From: an uncultured Ruminococcus sp.
GTDB taxonomy: Bacteria; Bacillota; Clostridia; Oscillospirales; CAG-272
Assembly: GCA_964590755.1 (NCBI GenBank)
Contig: CAZPYK010000003.1
Location: 3,382 to 67,381, forward strand
DNA: 64,000 bases
Direction of reading: 5' to 3'
Positions 59,182-64,000 of this stretch are shown here, piece after piece. Below the pieces are notes generated by a model. It saw only the letters and a list, made by a program, of their open reading frames with translations, ran no database searches and had not been told where the DNA came from. The translations under genes and the position numbers were made by a program. Each line of letters starts with the position of its first letter. Position 1 is the first letter of the stretch.

Positions 59182-61092
59182 ATGAAAGACGGATTTGTAA
59201 AGGTCGCGGCGGCGGTGCCGGAGCTGCGCGTTGCCGATTGCACCTTCAATGCGGATAAGATCATCGAGCTTGCCGAAGAAACCGAGCGCTCGGGAGCGAT
59301 CGTCACGGTGTTCCCCGAGCTTTCGGTGACCGGCTATACATGTCAGGATATATTCTTCCACGGCACGCTTCTCGATGCCGCGGAGAGAGAAGTCGCAAGG
59401 ATCGCGCAAAAAACCGCCGAGCTGGATACGCTGATATTTGTCGGCGCTCCGATATCTCATTTCGGCAAGCTTTATAATTGTGCGGTTGCGTTGCGGCACG
59501 GATCGATACTCGGAATAGTTCCCAAAAGCTTGATCCCGAATTATTCCGAATTTTATGAGGGAAGATATTTTGCTCCCGCGCCGGAGAAAAATGAGCAGAT
59601 CGAATATGCCTCGCAGACCTGTGCATTCGGCACAAAGCTGCTCTTTAAGCATCAAAAGCTCGGCGAGCTGATCGTTGCCGTCGAAATTTGCGAGGATGTT
59701 TGGGGTCAGTTTTCGCCGTCCGGTCCGCATTGTGCCGCGGGCGCCACGCTCATTGCAAATCTTTCGGCATCAAACGAGCTCATAGGCAAACCCGAATACA
59801 GGCACAGTCTTGTCGGTGGCAATTCGGCTCACAACATGTGCGGATATATATACGCATCCTCGGGCAGCGATGAGTCCACGACAGATCTTGTCTTTTCCGG
59901 GCATTCGCTTATTTACGAGGGCGGTGCTTTAATGGCGGAAAAAAAGCCCTTTTCATCCGATCGCTTCATCACCGCGGACATCGACGTAAAAAAGATCGTC
60001 TTTGAACGCGCCAAGAACAATGTTTTTATCAGCCGCCAAAATGAAGAATATCTGCTGATACCGTTCGGCGACTCGCTGACGCAAACAAGGCTTGAAAGAA
60101 GCTTTATGCGGATGCCGTTCGTGCCCGGCGATGACTCGGTGCGCTCCGAGCGATGCCGCTTGATTCTTGATATGCAGGCTACGGCGCTGGCAAAGAGGAT
60201 AAAGCATACGGGAGCCAAGGCTGCCGTTGTGGGGGTTTCCGGCGGGCTGGATTCCGCGTTGGCGCTCATCGTGGCGGTTAACGCCATGAAAAAGCTGTCT
60301 CGCCCCACGACCGATGTCATGACGATCACCATGCCGTGCTTCGGGACAGGGAAGCGGACCCGTTCCAACGCCGAGGAGCTTTCTCTGTTGCTCGGTGCCG
60401 ATTTTAAATGTGTCGATATCTTCGATTCGGTCAAGCAACATCTGAATGACATAGGTCACCCGCTTGACGTGTACGATGTGACATACGAAAATGCACAGGC
60501 TCGCGAGCGCACGCAGGTATTGATGGACATTGCCAATCAATGCGGCGGGCTCGTGATCGGCACCGGCGATCTTTCCGAGGTGGCACTGGGATGGTCCACA
60601 TATAACGGCGACCATATGTCAATGTATGCCGTCAATTGTACGATACCGAAAACGTTGGTAAGGTATATGGTCGGATATTATGCCGACACCTGCGACAACG
60701 AAAGACTTTGCAAAGTTTTATATGATATATTGAATACCCCGGTTTCTCCGGAGCTGGTTCCCTCAAGCGGAGACGGCATTGATCAGCGTACCGAGGATAT
60801 ACTCGGTACGTATGAGCTTCACGACTTTTTCCTTTACTATATGATCAGATGCGGATATTCTCCCGAAAAGTTGCTTAGGATAGCCGCTAAGACCTTTGCG
60901 GAGAAATATGATGAGGATTATATCAAAAAAACATTGAAGCTCTTTTGCAAACGCTTTTTTGCACAGCAGTTTAAGCGCTCCTGTGTTCCCGATGGTGTGA
61001 AGGTCGGAACGGTGGCTCTGTCTCCTCGCGGAGATTGGCGCATGTCCTCCGACACATCGGCTGCCGAATGGTTAAGATCGTTGGAAGATTGA
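59182..61092 (+). CDS. nadE: glutamine-dependent NAD+ synthetase
   Basis: N-terminal CN-hydrolase domain (FPELSVTGY, EICEDVW) and C-terminal synthetase domain (GVSGGLDS P-loop). Confidence 0.93.
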   Translation: MKDGFVKVAAAVPELRVADCTFNADKIIELAEETERSGAIVTVFPELSVTGYTCQDIFFHGTLLDAAEREVARIAQKTAELDTLIFVGAPISHFGKLYNCAVALRHGSILGIVPKSLIPNYSEFYEGRYFAPAPEKNEQIEYASQTCAFGTKLLFKHQKLGELIVAVEICEDVWGQFSPSGPHCAAGATLIANLSASNELIGKPEYRHSLVGGNSAHNMCGYIYASSGSDESTTDLVFSGHSLIYEGGALMAEKKPFSSDRFITADIDVKKIVFERAKNNVFISRQNEEYLLIPFGDSLTQTRLERSFMRMPFVPGDDSVRSERCRLILDMQATALAKRIKHTGAKAAVVGVSGGLDSALALIVAVNAMKKLSRPTTDVMTITMPCFGTGKRTRSNAEELSLLLGADFKCVDIFDSVKQHLNDIGHPLDVYDVTYENAQARERTQVLMDIANQCGGLVIGTGDLSEVALGWSTYNGDHMSMYAVNCTIPKTLVRYMVGYYADTCDNERLCKVLYDILNTPVSPELVPSSGDGIDQRTEDILGTYELHDFFLYYMIRCGYSPEKLLRIAAKTFAEKYDEDYIKKTLKLFCKRFFAQQFKRSCVPDGVKVGTVALSPRGDWRMSSDTSAAEWLRSLED

Positions 61093-61106
61093 GCAAATAA
61101 TATGAT

Positions 61107-61157
61107 ACAGCAGCTTATCCGATCGCGGTGTGCGAGAGGATGAGCTGCTGTTTTTTC
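61107..61157 (+). terminator. rho-independent terminator after nadE
   Basis: ACAGCAGCTTATCC...GGATGAGCTGCTGT stem followed by TTTTTT. Confidence 0.75.
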
Positions 61158-61206
61158 GATTTATTTTTTCGGTGTTTTGGAAACGAAACAACCGATAATA
61201 AGAATT

Positions 61207-62070
61207 TTATTCCGTATAATATTGCGCCTGGGCGTTCCACAGCTCGTAGTATTTGCCGTTTGTGTCGGCAACGAGCGAAGCGTGAGTTCCTTGCTGGATG
61301 ATTGCGCCCTCGTGGAATACGGCGATCTCATCGCAGAACTTACAAGAGGACAGACGGTGAGAGATATAGATGGCGGTCTTGTCGCCTGCGATCTCGTCAA
61401 ACTTTCCGTACGCTCCCCGCGGGAGAGGAATGGCGGTTCCGTCGCTCAGTTTGATCTCCGCCTTGGTTACTCGGCTGATTTGCGTTAGGTTGACGACACA
61501 GGAGCGCCCCGCGCGGTAAAATCGCTCATCAAGCTGCTTTTCAAGCTCGCCCAAAGTCATTTTCACCGTAACGTCAGTCAGAGCGTGAATCGTAACATAG
61601 TTGCCGAACACATCCGCATAACGGATTTGATATATCGGCACACGCACCATTTCGCCGCCGATCTCAAAATTCAAGACCTTTTCGTTCTTGGCAAGTTTCT
61701 CTGCGGCACGGTCAAGCACCGAGCAGAGTTTTTCTTCCTTAACCGGCTTCATAAGATAATGTAGAGCCGCAACCTCGTAACCCTCGGATATGTAATCGGA
61801 GTAGCCCGTGATAAAAATGATCTGAACGGTGTCGTTATTCTTGCGAAGCTGCTTCGCCATCGTTACGCCGTCCATAGCCCCCATTTCGATGTCCAGGAGC
61901 AGAATGTCGCAGTCGCTTTCTTCTGCATAGCAGAACAGGAAGTTCTCGGCAGATGTGAAGGTGTCGATGTGTACCATATGACCGACAGATGCTGCCCAAC
62001 GTTCAACCATATTCAAAATATATTGTCTGTCCGCGTCGGAATCATCACAGATCGCAATTTTGTACTTCAT
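61207..62070 (-). CDS. LytTR-family response regulator fused in frame to the C-terminal ~55 aa of an ABC ATPase (chimeric ORF)
   Basis: aa 1-120 form a receiver (KIAICDDSDADR, LLLDIEMGAMDG, FITGY, LMKP). aa ~135-232 form a LytTR domain (IRYADVFGNYVTIH...RSCVVNL). The tail DKTAIYISHRLSSCKFCDEIAVFHEGAIIQQGTHASLVADTNGKYYELWNAQ is an ABC H-loop and C-terminus. Confidence 0.75.
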   Translation of the reverse strand: MKYKIAICDDSDADRQYILNMVERWAASVGHMVHIDTFTSAENFLFCYAEESDCDILLLDIEMGAMDGVTMAKQLRKNNDTVQIIFITGYSDYISEGYEVAALHYLMKPVKEEKLCSVLDRAAEKLAKNEKVLNFEIGGEMVRVPIYQIRYADVFGNYVTIHALTDVTVKMTLGELEKQLDERFYRAGRSCVVNLTQISRVTKAEIKLSDGTAIPLPRGAYGKFDEIAGDKTAIYISHRLSSCKFCDEIAVFHEGAIIQQGTHASLVADTNGKYYELWNAQAQYYTE

Positions 62071-62182
62071 GTTCTCACCGTCCTTGTCGATCTGTCATAA
62101 GCGCGAGCTCGAAAGCTCGCTTATTGTAACTTTTTCATGTTTAATTATAGCATAAAAATGATAAAAAATCTACCGCACACGC

Positions 62183-62231
62183 AAAAATCCCACCCATTCC
62201 GACAAAGTGATATGGTCGAAACGGGCGGGAT
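62183..62231 (-). terminator. rho-independent terminator after feoB
   Basis: ATCCCACCC...GGGCGGGAT stem (one mismatch), with a TTTTT run following on the minus strand. Confidence 0.6.
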
Positions 62232-62248
62232 GTGCTTGATTGCTTGAT

Positions 62249-64000
62249 CTATTTGGTCAATAACATCCAAAGTGCGTTTATGATGACCGTGGCAAGTACG
62301 CCGAGCATGGTCGGAAGCAATGCCGCAAGCAAGGTCCATTTGATGCTGCCGGTCTCCTTTTTTATTGTCAGCAGAGTGGTTGTGCACGGCCAGTGCAGCA
62401 AAGAGAAGATAACAAAGCAAATTGCCGTTCGTGCTCCCCAGCCGTTTGACAGCAATATAGCTTTTATCGCCTCTGTCCCGCTTATGGCGGACAGACTTCC
62501 GGAGGCGAGATATATCATAAGTGTGATGGGCAATACGATCTCATTTGCGGGTGAACCGAGCATAAATCCCAGCAGTACGGCGCCGTCGAGCCCCATTATT
62601 CGTCCTATGGGATCGATCGCTGTCGCAAGATGTGTGAGTATGCTTGCTCCGCCGAGATCGATATTAGCCAAAAGCCAAATTATAAGTCCTGCCGGAGCGG
62701 CGACCGCAACGGAGCGTCCGAGCACGAAAAGCGTTCTGTCAAGCAATGAGCGCACCATGACCTTGCCGAGCTGCGGGCGGCGATACGGCGGCAGTTCGAG
62801 AGTGAATGCCGACGGTTCGCCGCGAAGCAGAGTTCGCGAAAGCAGATAGGTCGAGAATAAGGTCGCTCCGATACCCAACAATATGACAAGAGTCAGTAAC
62901 GCCGCCGTGGACAAGGAGGAGGCTCCGCTTCCCAAAGCCAAGAATGCCGTCAGTGCCAGTATGATCGACGGAAATCTGCCGTTGCAGGGAACAAGACTGT
63001 TCGTTACGACGGCAAGCAGTCTTTCACGCGGAGAATCTATTATCCTGCAGCCGACCACGCCTGCGGCGTTACAACCAAATCCCATGCACATGGTAAGCGC
63101 CTGCTTGCCGCATGCTTTGCAGCGGCAAAAGGGTCTGTCTAAATTATATGCGATGCGTGGGAGCAGACCCGAGTCTTCAAGTAACGTAAAAAGAGGAAAG
63201 AATATCGCCATCGGCGGAAGCATTACCGCAACGACCCAACCGAGCACGCGTAGCATTCCGAGCACGGCGGCATCGCAGAACCATGTCGGCAAGCCCGAGA
63301 ATATCAGCAACTTATATATCCATTTTTCGATATGTCCGAATGCGGCACTCAATAATTCCGATGGGTAATTCGCTCCGACTATGGTCAACCAAAAGATCCC
63401 CGCAAGCATCAACAGCATAATCGGGTAAGCCGTCGCTCTGCTCGTAACTATGCGGTCGATCGCGCGATCGCGCTTGCTGTAGCCGGATACCGTCGACAGC
63501 TCGGATGTGCTTTCGGCACAGCCGACGACCGAGCGGTAAATATCCGCGGCGCGCTCAACAACGGTCAGTGCGATATCGTCGGCAAGCGCCCGGCGATCGT
63601 AGCCCGCTCTCGAAAGCAGCTGCCGCGCGTCGTCATATGCACGTTTCGTTTTCTCGGATACGTCAATGCCGAAGGCGGGCAGGTCGGCGAGATCCATGCA
63701 GCCGTCCAGCATGCGCAAGGCGATCCAGCGTTTGTTAACGGTCGTGCGAGTCTCACCGCGAGGAGAAGTCAGCGCCGCCTCTATGATCGCAACCGCTTTT
63801 TCGATCTCGTTGTGATATGTTACGGGAGTCGGAATGTCCCACATACGGGCGGCAAGCGTGCCCACGATCGCTCGGCAGATATTCGGAATGTCGCGTTTGC
63901 TTCTTGCTGTGGTTTTTATAACATTCACTCCCAAGAGGTCGGACAGCTTTTTCGAATCGATGTGAATTCCTTTTTTCTCCGCTTCGTCGATCAGATTAAC
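62249..64000 (-). CDS. feoB: ferrous iron transporter FeoB, N-terminus beyond window edge
   Basis: Polytopic gate/nucleoside-recognition membrane domain (LPPMAIFFPLFTLLEDSGLLPRIAYNLD, CMGFGCNAAGV). The frame stays open to base 64000 through G-domain-proximal sequence. Confidence 0.9.
   Translation of the reverse strand, partial: VNLIDEAEKKGIHIDSKKLSDLLGVNVIKTTARSKRDIPNICRAIVGTLAARMWDIPTPVTYHNEIEKAVAIIEAALTSPRGETRTTVNKRWIALRMLDGCMDLADLPAFGIDVSEKTKRAYDDARQLLSRAGYDRRALADDIALTVVERAADIYRSVVGCAESTSELSTVSGYSKRDRAIDRIVTSRATAYPIMLLMLAGIFWLTIVGANYPSELLSAAFGHIEKWIYKLLIFSGLPTWFCDAAVLGMLRVLGWVVAVMLPPMAIFFPLFTLLEDSGLLPRIAYNLDRPFCRCKACGKQALTMCMGFGCNAAGVVGCRIIDSPRERLLAVVTNSLVPCNGRFPSIILALTAFLALGSGASSLSTAALLTLVILLGIGATLFSTYLLSRTLLRGEPSAFTLELPPYRRPQLGKVMVRSLLDRTLFVLGRSVAVAAPAGLIIWLLANIDLGGASILTHLATAIDPIGRIMGLDGAVLLGFMLGSPANEIVLPITLMIYLASGSLSAISGTEAIKAILLSNGWGARTAICFVIFSLLHWPCTTTLLTIKKETGSIKWTLLAALLPTMLGVLATVIINALWMLLTK

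Overview
The window reads as a mostly housekeeping chromosomal segment from a moderately GC-rich, spore-forming Firmicute of the Clostridia type (spo0A and spoVB are both present). I support about 46 protein genes.

Recognisable genes and blocks:
- Translation: serS, alaS, asnS.
- Nucleotide excision repair: uvrB-uvrA, with uvrC elsewhere in the window.
- Heat shock: a CIRCE-controlled hrcA-grpE-dnaK-dnaJ-prmA operon.
- Hydrogen metabolism: a trimeric NuoE/NuoF/[FeFe]-hydrogenase (HydCBA-type) operon.
- Envelope stress: an OmpR-type response regulator, a histidine kinase and an HtrA protease.
- Sugar use: rhaA, a 1034-aa glycoside-hydrolase-like protein and a TauE/TSUP permease.
- Others: a DinG/XPD-like helicase, an ABC exporter with a DUF1854 partner, yajC, rimM-trmD, an O-antigen-ligase-like protein with two DUF4330 paralogs, ptsH, rsmD-coaD-nadE, an orphan LytTR regulator and a 5'-truncated feoB.

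I saw no rRNA or tRNA genes, no CRISPR array, and no prophage, IS transposase or recognisable defence island.

I did not find a convincing novel multi-gene system. The sequence-level oddities most worth follow-up are:
1. A perfect tandem duplication (84 nt identical, 110-nt period) of a structured element just downstream of a consensus promoter in the rhaA leader.
2. A 180-bp palindromic MITE-like element with perfect 22-bp terminal inverted repeats, plus two partial copies. Each copy abuts or overlaps the stop codon of the adjacent gene.
3. A chimeric ORF in which a complete LytTR response regulator is fused in frame to the last ~55 aa of an ABC ATPase.
4. A TSCSPGW variant of the H-cluster TSCCPxW motif in HydA.
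5. A Spo0A receiver domain that seems to lack the canonical Asp-Asp pair.

All calls come from reading the sequence and ORF translations by eye. No database search was possible.
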